The position numbers and the translations under genes are program-made. A stretch of DNA of 64,000 bases from NCBI RefSeq assembly GCF_018350175.1, contig NC_058368.1, forward strand, positions 135,286,001 through 135,350,000, written 5' to 3'. Within the stretch, counting starts at the first letter, position 1; each line of letters begins with the position of its first letter. This stretch comes from Felis catus. Lineage: Eukaryota. The notes below the pieces were generated by a model. It saw only the letters and a program-made list of their open reading frames with translations, did not search any database and had not been told where the DNA came from. Below, one piece after another: positions 37,806-50,510 of the stretch.

Positions 37806-38589
37806 GGTATGCTTGTAAACATGCCCAGAATCAGGAGAAAGCCACAAGATTTCAGGGCTGAGCTTGGCATTTATGCGACAAGCATTTATTAGATGTCTAT
37901 TATTTGCAATATAACATGCTACATGCTTCAGATTTTCTACTTGCAATGAAAAAAAACCAAGTGGTTTTAATTTCCAAACTAATTTGATAAAAACTATTGG
38001 CAAGTCACAATGTCAAGGGATTTAGGAACAAGATGTAAAATAGCCAAAAACTGTTAAATAACTGAGCTACATCTTTATTCTAAAAGTCATCTCCAGCAAG
38101 CCCAGTTGTAGAGAGTGAATCCATGTTTGCATATTACTTGCCTTAGGTTTTTTACTTAATTTGTCCTTGCAAAACATGAAAACAATGTTAAGTCACCAAA
38201 TTACATCTTTGCCAGCCTGGTTTCCCTTTAAGCTACCCAAAGTATATACGTCTCAGTGTAGCCTGCATGACACAAAGGGTAAGAATAAAATTTTAAAAAA
38301 CAGTGTTTCATTTCTGACACCTAGAAATTTGCATTGACCACAGACCCATGGAAACACAAATGGCTACCCAGCTACCTATCTTTGTGACATTACAAAAAAA
38401 TAAAATAGAAAATGTATTTGTATATAGTTTACTAAAAAAAAAAAAAAAAGATGCTAAGCATAAAGCTCGGATTATTTTTCAGAATGTTGATTCTGAGAGA
38501 GATTCAAACTTTATGTTCCTTAAGGAGTTCTAAAAATCCCTAACTTTTCCCATTTTCTTTTCCCTTCCCGTTCTGGGTCATAAGCTTTT

Positions 38590-38817
38590 TTTTTTTTTTT
38601 TTTTTCAATTTTTTTTTTAACATTTATTTATTTTTGAGACAGAGAGAGAGCATGAACAGAGGAGGGTCAGAGAAAGAGGGAGACACAGAATCCAAAACAG
38701 GATCCAGGCCCTGGGCTGTCAGCACAGAGCCCGACGTGGGGCTCGAACCCACGGACCGTGAGATCATGACCTGAGCCAAAGTCGGCCGCTTAACCAACTG
38801 AGCCCCCCAGGCGTCCC
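38590..38817 (-). mobile_element. Can-SINE
   Basis: Reverse SINE with long T tail; TSD tcataagctttt. Confidence 0.97.
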
Positions 38818-40984
38818 TCATAAGCTTTTCCTAATCCCACTCAACTCCATACCCTGAAGCATGAGGTTCAGGAATTACAAATATTCCATTTGGAGATTTA
38901 TCACACAGCATTTTAATATCAGTTAAAGAAAAATCACCAAAGAATATCATATATCAGCATTTTATCCCAAATTATTCCTCTTTTGCTTCTTTATATTTGT
39001 ATTCCATTCCTATCTCTGTACCTTCTTCCAAGTCACTTTCTGAGAGGGAAAAATCTTTCCACCTCATGTTTGCAGAGACATCTTCCTGTTCTGGTTGAAA
39101 GAGGAATTAGGGACCAACTTAGTATATATGGTGAACTGGTTAATCAGCCATTATCTCTCTCCTGGACTTTCTGCTATGAAGAATCAGATGCTATTTTCAT
39201 TTGTAGGTGGTAGTTCAGGTGTTATAAGAAGAAGAAAAAGGAGAAGTCAATCTAACACAGGTGCCCTTGTCAAGACCAGATTGTCGGTCTGGCTTATTCA
39301 TATCCTTGGCAAGCAGAAAAAGGATATTTATGGGCCATGTGGTCTTTGAGTGCAATGATTTTGCAAAGTAGTGACTAGAAGCCCTTTAAGACAGGCCAAA
39401 CTATCGGTCTTAGGACTTTATTTTGGCTACAAGTCCAGCGAAAATCTGACCTACATAAATCTTTTCTACCTTTTATGTAAATGAGTTTCAGGTGGTACTT
39501 CTCCATCAATGCACTCCGCTTTTCTAAGAAACTTATTCTGCATTTCTTCACTTTAGAAAATGAAAGCTTTTAATAATATATTTCATCTTCACATCTTAAA
39601 GAGCCAGAAAAGCTGATTGATCATCATCCAAGAAGGCCAGGCACAGGCAGTCCACTGTGCTTGCCGGGATGCTCAACTAGAAACCTATTAGTGGTGGTGA
39701 TTGCCCAACAATTGGAATTGAAAGGACGGATTGCAGTGGGGAGGCTGCTCAACAAACATTGCAATTAACACCACCTACATGTTTGAGAGTGAACTAGGTA
39801 ATAAACAAAAGATTAAATTAATATGCATGTTCAGTCCCCAAAGGTAGCCAGATGGCTGGCTACAACATCAGATGTTTCCTCTCTGCCTGTGCAGAGAATC
39901 ACTCCTTTGTGCAGTGAGTGGGACAGTTGACGTTTTTTGTGAGCATGAGTATCTATGGGTGATGACAAGAACCATGAAGTAGCCTAGCTGGGATGCCCTG
40001 AGGACTCTGAACTCAAAGACATGCCAGGTGTCCCCAGGAGCCAGGAGGCACAAGGGACGGCAATCATAAATTGAATAACGAGTGAATTTCACAAGCACAA
40101 TGCTGACCACATCGCTGTAAACTCCCACTGCCCGGGGAAGGAAGGATGAAGTAGAAGGACTACAGGACTCAAAAGGTTTGTTTTCTCTCTGTCTCAGGAG
40201 CTACCAGCGTCCAGGGTTTCCCTTTCTGCGTAGTCAGGCTGTGACTAGAGCCCTGCACGAACGTAAAGCCCTTTTGTTCACACTTCAGTGAAAACAAAGG
40301 GGACCTTATTTGTCTCTAAAGTAAGCAGCCGTATCCGCAGCTTTTGTCATATTCCAAACGAAAGGCAGCCATCCACACTAAGCCCAGGCACAGAGGAAAA
40401 TCTCAGCGCTGAAGACGGGGCCATTTGGACACACCTACCACCAAAAAAGCCTTTCCAAAGCCCGGCTCACTTTTTCCTTCTGCTTATTTTGTCCTTCCGT
40501 GCCTCCATATAACTGCTCCACTTGTGTTTTACTAAGATTTTTCCAACTAACAAATAGCTAAAGGCCAAGGGCTAGCACCTAGTTCCAGGAAAACAAGCAG
40601 CCATCTCTCCTGCTCCACACCTCCTCCCCCAGGTTTGGAAGACAAAGAGCACACTGCGCCATTGACTACCTAGGCTACTCAGACGTCTGTTCTACACCTT
40701 GCCCTTGATGCCCTTCTGCAAACTGGGAAAGAACGCTCTCCTCGTGCTGCAAATACTGTCAACAGGTCTTCTTAGGCAACAGAGGGCAAAACATATTGGT
40801 GGCCTGAAAAACTACAGCATTGTGGGCAATCTTGGTTTACTCAGTAGGCATGGTCCTTGAACGAGATGTTGAAAAAATCTTAATTTTGTAAATCAAATAA
40901 ATCAAATACTATCTTAAAGCCCCAGAATAACTAATGACTTAGAACCACACTGCAGTATATTACTCTGCTGAACCCCATTCTCTG

Positions 40985-41438
40985 TAGGAGTTCTTAATGG
41001 GAGACCATGATTCCCCAGGCATCATGGATGGAATTTGGAGTACATGAACTTGTATGGGGAAAACATTATCTTTATTTTCAATAATCACTTTATTAGCAAT
41101 ACCAGTAATTTTGTCAACAGCTGAGATCTCGGAGATTCTCAGATCACATTACAGTTGTTGCACATATCCCAAAATATTACTTTAGCTCATCAACGTGGAA
41201 TTATAGTCATTGTTGGATTGCTGCTAGACCTTGTTATTTATTATATTGCTAATGAAATGTATATACCACTACACCAAAAATGTGTTTACTTTATTGATGA
41301 CTTTATTTCAAAACAACTGCTTTCCTCTGCAGTCCTATTATTTTAATCTAGGCATATAAAATAGTATACTAAGGAGGCCATAGGCTTCACCAGACTGTCA
41401 AACAGACTCATGGCACAAAAAAAGGTAAAGAACTCCTG
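40985..41438. mobile_element. hAT-Charlie non-autonomous DNA transposon remnant
   Basis: Terminal inverted repeats taggagttctt ... aagaactcctg; subterminal ggcttcaccagactgtcaaa...catggcacaaaaaaagg; 8-bp TSD not recognisable. Confidence 0.7.
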
Positions 41439-43014
41439 CTACAAACTAGAGAATGACCGCTCTTTCTTCCTTCAAACGCCCTTTACACTTTGGGCCAAGG
41501 CAATTTCTTCTTTCAGAATATCTTCTTTCCTCACTTCAGTACTGCAAATCAAAACCTTACCTCCCCATCATGTGTAAAGCATAGACCATCTCCTTTATGA
41601 AGAATCTCCTGATCTCCTTCCACTAGGCAGGATAGTATTTTAAATCTCTGTTTTCCCATTATCACATTCTACCTTGTAACTATTTGTGGATACTATTTAT
41701 TCCATTCTAGATTATAATCACCTCAAAGGCAGGTACCATGTTTTCTTCATCAGTGAGTGGCCAATTGAGAGCTCTGCCTGTTCTTGGCTGTCCCATCTCT
41801 GCATTGTCCCCATTTCTCTACATTTCTAAACCACAGAACTTCTGTTTATGCCATTCCTCTTTTATTCTGCAGAATAAAACCAAATTCCTCTGTCTGGCAT
41901 TCAAGGCCCTTCCAGGATTGGCCACCTCCTTCAGTTTCAATCTTCATCTCTTTCATCTCTGAGCCATGTCTGGTCATTTCCCAAACCCACACCTCCATGT
42001 TTTCATTTCAATTCATCTTCCTGGAACGCTCCATGTCCTTTTGGATGGAGAAGAGAAAATGACACCCTCAACATTCCCAAAATAGCATTTATTTTCAAGG
42101 GGGTCCTACCCAGATTAACACAGTCAAGCAAGAGAAACAGACTGGTTGCAACAATGGCACTCCATTACCTGAGTTTTATCACAAAAATTTATCACAAAAT
42201 CCCATTCCAAAATGCCATATTTGTGTTTTAGCACTTTGTGGCAGTATTCTGAATGTTTCCGAGATGGGAGCCAGGTTGAAACTACATATTCCCCCTAACC
42301 TGTCACCACCTGAAATTCAAGGCCATTACCAAATCCTCATCCCATATTGCTGTCCCATATTGCTGTGGGCCTCCTGCCCAATGACTTAGCCCCCAAAGTT
42401 GACTTATCTCCCAGTTCTTTCCACCAATCCCTGTGGATGCCCTCATCACCACGGAATCACATTACAGAATGCTAACCCCCAAGTTCCTATAGCCACCTCC
42501 AAGAAATACTATGAAAACAAATAGTAATGTAAGATTTTTCCTGGCCGACCATTGATCCTTTCTGCTTTTAATGAAACCCCTTGTGCCTTGGAAGCTCATG
42601 GAAGTTAGCTTTGCCACCTTCTACCTTCCCTTGACATCACCCCCATTCACCTCCAATGGCTACCCAATGATGTCCAGTGAGGATGAAAGCACCTCAACTT
42701 GGGCCATCTTCTAGAACTTTGGGTTACCAACCCCTGCTCTCACAGTTCCTAAACCTTCTGGACGCCATCAGTCTCTCTTGCTCTGCACATCAGCAACCAT
42801 TCCCATAGTTCACATAGGACCTTATCTCCGTTTCCTAAATGATTAAGACTGATGCCTTATTCTCTGAACATCACCATCTATCCTACCAGTATCATTTCAT
42901 TCCATGTAAACATTATCCTCTAGCTCATAAAATCCTCCTTTCCTCATATATGTCCAACTTCTTGGAAGCTGGAAAACAAACAAAAAATAAAACACTTATT
43001 TAAGATTCATCCTT

Positions 43015-43157
43015 GGGGTACCTGGGTGGCTCAGTCAGTTAAGCATCTGACTCTCGATCTCAACTCAGGTCTTCAGCTCAGGGTCATGAGTTCGAGCCCT
43101 GTGTTGAGCTCCATACTGGAAAATGGGTGTGAAGCCCATTTAAAAAAAAAAAAAAAA
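43015..43157 (+). mobile_element. Short-form Can-SINE without CT tract
   Basis: tRNA-derived head, gagctccatactgg...gaagcccattt, poly-A; TSD aagatt(c/t)atcctt. Confidence 0.93.
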
Positions 43158-43427
43158 AAGATTTATCCTTCCTTACAGAACATAATTTTGTTCTTCATTC
43201 CACCCTCTGAATCCCAGATAAGATACATAAAAGAAACAGTTCCTTATTCAACTAGTGTACCCCAAGAACCTAATACAATTGATTCTTGGTATGCACTGGG
43301 TATTTAATAAATGCACAATTTCATCCAATCCTGTGGGGTGTTTTCTACTGCTTCTATCCTGACAAATCTATATACTCAGTTCACAGGTTTTTTTTTTTGT
43401 TTTGTTTTGTTTTTTTTTAGTTTATCT

Positions 43428-43518
43428 AGGGTGCCCAGATGGCTCAGTTGGTTAAACAGCCAACTTCAGTTTAAGTCATGATCTCACAGTTTTGAGTTCA
43501 AGCCCAGTGTCGGGGCTT
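43428..43518 (+). mobile_element. 3'-truncated Can-SINE head
   Basis: agggtgcccagatggctcagttggttaa...gagttcaagccc, with no CT tract or tail. Confidence 0.85.
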
Positions 43519-43539
43519 GAACACTGAAAATTGGACATT

Positions 43540-43738
43540 AATGTTTATTTGTTTATTTTGAGATAGACAGCATGAGGAGGGGAGGGATAGAGAGAGGGGG
43601 AGAGAGAGAGAATCCCAAGCAGGCTCCATGCTGTCGGTGTGGAGTCTGATGCAGGGCTCAATCTCACAACCCTGAGATCATGACCTGAGCCAAAATCAAG
43701 AGTCAGATACTCAACCGACTGAACCACTCAGGTGCCCC
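43540..43738 (-). mobile_element. Can-SINE
   Basis: Reverse SINE; candidate TSD tcag(t/c)tcaca at 43376 and 43739. Confidence 0.95.
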
Positions 43739-46344
43739 TCAGCTCACAATGCTCATCTGAGCTCAGATTCATAGTTCCAGATGCCCATTAGACATTTCTG
43801 TATGGGTATCTAACTTCAATGACTTAGTATGTCCAAAATAGAATCTAACACTCACCATCCTCACTCCAACTAAACATGTGTTCATCCCAGCCAAATAAAT
43901 AGCCATTGCTATACACAATGCTGGTCCCTACAACCCGAAAAGTACTAATTCTCGCCTTGCCTCTTTTTTCTATATCAACTAGAAAAGTCATGTATATTCT
44001 CTTACCTCCCCTCTGAGCCACCATTGATACTGCCCTTAGTTCAGGCTATCCTCATCTTTTGCCTGGACTATTGGAGTAGTCTTCTATCTTGTCTTTCTTC
44101 TAGTCTCCTACTGAAATAACTATAATAGCTCCCATAGCCTTCTGGATAAATTGCAAACTCTTTATCATATCAAATGATATCAATTATCAAACCCATCTAC
44201 CTTCTCTAATCTCCAACCAGTTTTAGTCTAGAACTCTTAGTGCCTGACCAAAGCAGCTGCTTCATACTCAGATGAATATCATTGATCAGTCTCTGCACAT
44301 ATAAAGCTGCATTATAACCCATACCAAACTAGGTGTGGTTCCCCAAACATATCACACCAGAAAAGAATGCTATTCTTTTCTGCCTGGAATGGTTTTCAGT
44401 TATCCTCCTATCTACTTGAAAACTCCTACTTACTCTTCTGGACCCAAATCAAAGGCCCAAATCTGAAAGCAAATCAAAGACTTCTGTGACTCCTTGACAG
44501 ATAACCCCCCAGAAAGAGCTATCTATCAGTCTCCTTATTGTGTCCATGGTATGTGCTGGAGAATCTCTACTCTGGTGCCAAGCTTACTTCCTGGAAGTTT
44601 TGTTTACCAGTCACATTCCTTTATTAGATTGCACATTCCCTGCTGGCAGGGACAACAGCAGATTTCTCTAGGTATCTCAGTGCCTAGGAATGTGCCCTAC
44701 CACAATACAAGGGCTGGAAAAATACTTATTAAACAAACTCTTCAAAGCCTAATGCAGATGTCAGCCCTCCAATGAAGCTGTCTCATCAGAAGTTATTGTT
44801 CCTCCCTCTGTGATAACACTTACCACTCTCTGAAGACTCGCTCCTCACATGTGCAGGGCCCAGGGTAAGAGAAACAGACTATTAAATAAAGTATGCTCAT
44901 CTTATGTGACCTACTTTGACAAATTACTTTCATAGCGAGCTGGAAGACCAGGTTGAAATTGAAAATTCTTGAACTCTTCCAAGTTCCAGTTCAGAACCAG
45001 GTGGGTAAGTCAAGCCCTGGCCTGTGGCCCGCTCCTCTTCTTCTCTTCTATCATGACGGACCTTATACGCATGCTTACAACCTGCACATCCAAGTCCTGC
45101 CCACATCACTTACAAACAGATTCCCTTTGACACCGACACCACCCCTCCTACTCCTGCCCAGGTGTGCTCACACCAGCAGCATAGGTGGACCCAGGGTGCT
45201 GAACTGCACACGTCCTAGAAGTTGCCTTGAGCCATTGGGGCAGGGAAGACCAGAACCCAGGAACCCACAGTGTCTACAGTAAGGGGTGCAGATGCCGGGT
45301 GGGCTCCTGCCTCCACAGAGAAGGCTCATGTGAGACCTTTGAAAGGCACGGCCCTGGACAGGAGACCTGATGCCTGGGTCGAAGGGAGTGGAGTAGAGTC
45401 ATAGCAGAGTCATTGCACCCTGCCCATCCTCTCCTGGATTATAAACCCACTGAGGCTTAGGAGTTTTCAATGCTACTTCCTGGAAAAAGGAGAGGGAGGG
45501 CGCTCTCATCAGGGTTCCAAACCCACAAAGTATCCACTTCACCCCTAAGACTTGCACACAAGAGATGCTGAATAAACAGTCAGTTCACGAATGAATTAAC
45601 AAAGACTCCTCTTATACACTGAACAATTAACAATTCTAGCACAGGGGGTAAATATTGCTAACCCTTCCTTTGTTTCTCAACCTTACAGTCCCTCAAGCCT
45701 GACCTCCCCTAAAAGATATTAAGTTCCTTACAGGTTTTTCTATCTCCCATAAAAACCCCAATGTCCTAAACATAATCTACACTCAATTAATATTTGTTGG
45801 ATTTTTTCACAAGTGATCCTAATTAGCATATTGAAGTTGTCATTTTTTCCAGTCATGTCAGTAGTGACACTGAGTCGTTCCCCAAATGGCAACAGTGACT
45901 ATCATAATAGAAAGCTTCTGAGAGTAATTTTAACCTGCTGCCAATAGTGATTTATTTTTAATTTTTAAAAACAACTGTAGTTGTAACTGTTTTACTAGTT
46001 AAATACAATAGGTGTTGTTAATAGTGTTTGGACAACTGAAAACTAACAATTGAAACTGTGCTATTGAACCAGTCAGAGGAAAGAGTAAGCAAAAAAGAAT
46101 GACAAGCTTAAAAGACAGTAGCTGAGAAACCGCATTTGTCTGAAGTTTTCAGGGAAAAAAATCTGGCTGAAGAAAGACTTAATGATAATCCCCAGAGTCA
46201 GGACATCTCACAACTCCAAGAGAGATTTGGCAACCTCATCAAAATTGAAGCAGCCTCTGATTTTAAAAAGAGATTACTGAGGAGATCAGTATAAGGACAT
46301 AGAGAGATCTATACAAGCTTCTTGAACACAACACCAAAGCCACC

Positions 46345-46360
46345 GAAAGAAAGAAAGAAA

Positions 46361-46405
<45 letters not shown>

Positions 46406-46486
46406 AAAGAAAAGAAAAGAAAAGAAAAGAAAAGAAAAGAAAAGAAAAGAAAAGAAAAGAAAAGAAAAGAAAAGAAAAGAAAAGAA
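46345..46486 (+). repeat. Compound (GAAA)n-(GAAAA)n homopurine microsatellite
   Basis: Read directly; accounts for the K/E/R- and F/L/S-rich ORFs here. Confidence 0.98.
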
Positions 46487-46649
46487 CGAAAACCTTGGGA
46501 GCATTTGTTCCTTTACCATTTTCCTGCAAGTTTCCTTGAAAGCCTAGAAATCAGGGCAATCTGATCTAAATGGGTCCAGTGCCAGGACAATCCAGATAGG
46601 GTATACAAGAACGTTCTGTCCATGAAAGGATGTTTATTAATGGAGCTAT

Positions 46650-47050
46650 TTTTTATAATAGCTTTATTGAGATATAATTCACATATAACCCAATTCAACC
46701 ACTTAATGTGTGCAATTAAATTGGTTTTAGTATATTCACAGGGTTGTGCACCCATCACCACAAGTTATTTTAGACCATTTCTGCCCCTGCAAAAAGAGAC
46801 TCTACCCATTTGCAGTCATTCCCCAATCCACTGTCCCCTTTCCCCTCCTTCCACCTCCCCAGGCCAAATAACCAGAGTTCTCCTTTCTGTCTCTATGGAT
46901 TTGCCTCTTCTGGACATTTCAAATATATGGAATCATACAAAATGTGGTCTCTGAGAATAATGTTTCCAAGGTTTAATCATCTTGTACCATGTATCAGTAC
47001 TGCAATCCTTTTTAGGGCCTAATAACACTCCCTTGTATGGATATACTACA
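46650..47050 (-). mobile_element. L1MB-type 3' remnant
   Basis: agctttattgagatataattcacata...gtctctatggatttgcctcttctggacatttca...ggaatcatacaa. Confidence 0.85.
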
Positions 47051-47051
47051 T

Positions 47052-47270
47052 GGAAACAAACTTTCAGTTATAAAATAAATAAGTCATGGGGATGTAATGT
47101 ACAGCATAGGGAAGGTAGTCAGTGGTGTTACCTTTGTATGGTGACAGATGGTAACTAGACTTATCGTGGGGATCATTTTATAATACATAAAAATATCAAA
47201 TCACTATGATATACACCTGAAACTAATAGAATATTGTATCTCATTATACTTCAATAATAAATATTTTTAA
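47052..47270 (+). mobile_element. L1 3' remnant (L1MA/carnivore type)
   Basis: cagttataaaataaataagtcatggggatgtaatgtacagcatagg...acacctgaaactaata. Confidence 0.85.
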
Positions 47271-47598
47271 ATGAAGCTTTTGTTTTGTCTTATTTAAAAA
47301 TTCTATTTAATAACTTTCATCTTAAAATAAAATAAAATTTCATTTATTTAAAACAGTTTTTAAAATTTTTAAAGAGAAAATAAAAGTTTCACGTCTGTTG
47401 GGGCTTTTACCTAAAGTCTCCTCAGAAGATCTCCAGTTTCTGGACACATGGATATATAATAGAATATGTTCTGTCACTCTGCGAACTTGGACAAAACCTT
47501 CCAATTTCCTATAAGGTGCACACTATATTAGTACCTATAGTGATTTCTCATAGGAAGAACTCATTAAATCTTGGGTTTCATTTTAAACTTGATTGGAT

Positions 47599-47842
47599 AT
47601 TTATTTATTCATTCATTCATTCATTCATTTATTTATTTTAGAGAGAGTGTGTGCACATGCATGCACATGCAAGCAGGACATGACAGGGGAGAAGTAGAGA
47701 GAGGAAGAGAGAGAATCTCAAGCAGCCTCCACGCTCCACACAGAGGCTGACAGGGGGCTCAATCCCATCACCCTGAGATCATGATCTGAGCTGAAATCAA
47801 GAGTCAGACGCCCAGCTGACTGACCACCCAGTCTCGCACCCC
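47599..47842 (-). mobile_element. Older Can-SINE
   Basis: Reverse SINE; degenerate TSD taaac..gattggat. Confidence 0.93.
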
Positions 47843-48105
47843 TAAACCAGATTGGATTTTTTAAGAACAAAAGGGATGTGCAAGTTTATTGTGACCAGTA
47901 AAAAACAGAGATGATTATTTAAATTCATAATCTTTCTCTCAGCCCTCTATTCATTCCCAGCGTAAAGTGTGGTGTGCATCTTTCCACACTATTCTCTGCA
48001 CTTATGCAAATTTATAAAATAAAATGCACATTAAAAGACATTTTCCCCTTTTCTTTTACTCTAATATATTCTATACACGTGACATTGAAATTCACCTTTA
48101 AAAAA

Positions 48106-48317
48106 TTTTTTTTTCAATGTTTATTTATTTTTGGGACAGAGAGAGACAGAGCATCAACGGGGGAGGGGCAGAGAGAGAGGGAGACACAGAATCGGAAACA
48201 GGCTCCAGGCTCTGAGCCATCAGCCCAGAGCCTGACGCACGGCTCGAACTCACGGACCGCGAGATCATGACCTGGCTGAAGTCAGACGCTTAACCGACTG
48301 CGCCACCCAGGCGCCCC
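48106..48317 (-). mobile_element. Young SINEC_Fc
   Basis: Same diagnostic positions as the 10760 and 16138 copies; TSD tgaaattcacctttaaaaaa. Confidence 0.98.
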
Positions 48318-50483
48318 TGAAATTCACCTTTAAAAAAAAAAAAACTTTTTTTAATCTGGTCATCTCTTCTGGTCGGTACACGTGTATCTAACTTTAAATT
48401 TTCGTAACCATACCACCTTCCACAGTATAAATGCACCACAACACATCCGCCACTTCCACTCTTGATATACAGGCAGACAATGTTCAGGTGTCATTGTAAA
48501 CATGCTGAAATAAGGCTGGTATTAATGAAGTAGTCAGTAGTTGTTGTAACCATGATTTGGCCGTTATCATATCCATATCTCTGCCTTCCCAAGTCCAGAC
48601 TAGGCCCATCCCCCACCTTGTCAATACCAAGGAACAGAACTTTTATAGACCAATGATAGAGAAGCAGATTATCTGTAAAAACGGTTTTTAAGCAGAAGAA
48701 ATTAGAGGGCAAATAAACTAACTCAAATGGACAACTCTAGGGGCATAGACCTTACAGACAGTGCCCTACAGGGCAACACAGGGCATTCTGAACAGGACAG
48801 AAAGGACAAATGAGAAGAAAAGGAGAGGGAAGACGATCAGACGAGAAGAGTCAGGGACAGTAAGTTTCCTAAAAAGGATCTGCTCTAAGCCAGGCCAGCT
48901 TGGCAGTGGGTGAATTTTTGATGTCCTAGCCAACATAGTCATTTTCCTTAATGTTAGAGATAGCATCCTCTTTTAGATCAGCTACTGCTTTCTGGAAACA
49001 ATTTTTAAATTTTTAATTAGTATTTAAACATTTGCAATTAAGCCTAATTACTCCATAAGTCAATCAATCAATCCAAAGCTATTCAAAACACGGCAAATGG
49101 AAATATATGGTAAAACTGTGTGATGTGCTGAATGAATTTTAATATCATCCTAGACCTTGACTTTCTGTAATGCCTCTCTCCATTTCACGGGCAAGCCATT
49201 TGAGCATATATGTTTATAAAAAACCTCTTAATGAACTCCCCTCCAGTGGGGGTTGGTCACCACAGCACTAAAATAAGATCTGAAAATGATTGAATCATAA
49301 GGTATTTCATCCATGGCTTCCTCATGGCATGGACTCCAGGATACCTTAAGCAGGTTCCAGTGTCCCATGAATGAATTTACTATAAACCTCACAAATGGCA
49401 CTCCCTTTCCAAGAACCAGACCAATTTAGAGAGAACACAGGGAAAATGATTCAATTTTTTTTTTTTTATTTCTGGAAATATATGCTATGTGGAAAGAGTT
49501 TTTATCCAGAAGGAAAACTTCTGGATTTTACTGGCTCGCTAAAATATAAACCATTTAGTGGCTTTTTTTTTTTTAACCTAAGATTAAGCTTTCTTTCGTC
49601 TGTTTGCACATGTCAACCGAAAATAGCAGACTCCGTATAAGAAAAAGAAATGTGTTTGTACAAAAAAGAAAATTTATACCCCCAAAGCCATGATCTCCCT
49701 TTTGCTGGGATGGTATTTCATGGGGTTTTTTAATCCGGTGGTTTATCAAATTTCTGTAATAACATGAAAGAGAATAGTGATTGTCCATCAACCCTAAAAA
49801 CCCCTCACAAAATTTGCAAGGGACTCGCTAAAGATAAGGAAATGCTGACAGCTGAACACTAGGAGTTGCACGGAACCCAGTCAGGTGAACACCTATGTGA
49901 ACTGAGATTTAATATTATGTTACAAGACAGAAAAATTAAGAACTCCTTTAATTGACCGAGTCTTTATTTCCTTTTACCAAGGAAGGTATAGATGGTGCCC
50001 AAAATAACCTGTATATGTAGTAAATCTTGGCAGCATGCAGCTATTTCCTCTGTGGTCTTCAGGGTCCTGCCACGCTTCATCATCTACAAGGCAGCACATT
50101 TAAATCTTTCAAGGGGCCTTTTAGAAGCAGGCCACCCTGTTTCTCCTCACAGGAGATACTGAAAGCTTATTTGTCATGGGCAATGAGGGACCTAGCAAGG
50201 TCTGCTGACAGGCCCGGAGGAGGCCCACCTGCTCCTTCCTAACCCGAGGAGTAGTTTCTGTCAGTCGTGGTCTTTCCAACAATTTTGCAATCAACACATT
50301 TCACGCTTTATCCTCGATGATCAATTTCGGTAACAAGTAGATAGCCATTTAACAGCAAGAGAGTTGTCAATATGACACCGATTCACAACATTTCATAATG
50401 ACATCTAACAGAGCCCCTGTCGTTAGTTCAATACCACTGCATCATTTATACAAGTCGGGAGTTTGAGGCCATGTGTCCCTTAC

Positions 50484-50510
50484 GCTGATCCAGCTCGGTG
50501 TGTTCGAAGT
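50484..50510 (-). CDS. Candidate 27-nt internal microexon of an unidentified host gene; most plausible reading x-F-E-H-T-E-L-D-Q-x (phase 1/1)
   Basis: Minus strand: cctctttccctgccttcggcttccag | ACTTCGAACACACCGAGCTGGATCAGC | gtaagg. Length divisible by 3, no stops, coding-like codons, CpG-retaining repeat-free flanks. No transcript evidence available. Confidence 0.55.

Larger units (their letters stand above)
42600..44740 (+). mobile_element. Long degenerate L2 remnant(s) with SINE insertions
   Basis: L2-like body (tgcccattagacatttctgtatgg...tgtccaaaa; ctcatcttttgcctggacta) and 3'-like end near 44730; possible endonuclease-motif relics near 42790-42880. Confidence 0.55.

Noticed and set aside
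42340..42366. 13-bp tandem duplication (tcccatattgctg x2)
   Set aside because: Ordinary slippage duplication
46650..47270. Head-to-head L1 fragments resembling a twin-priming inversion
   Set aside because: Both are 3' ends of apparently different subfamilies, so independent insertions are more likely
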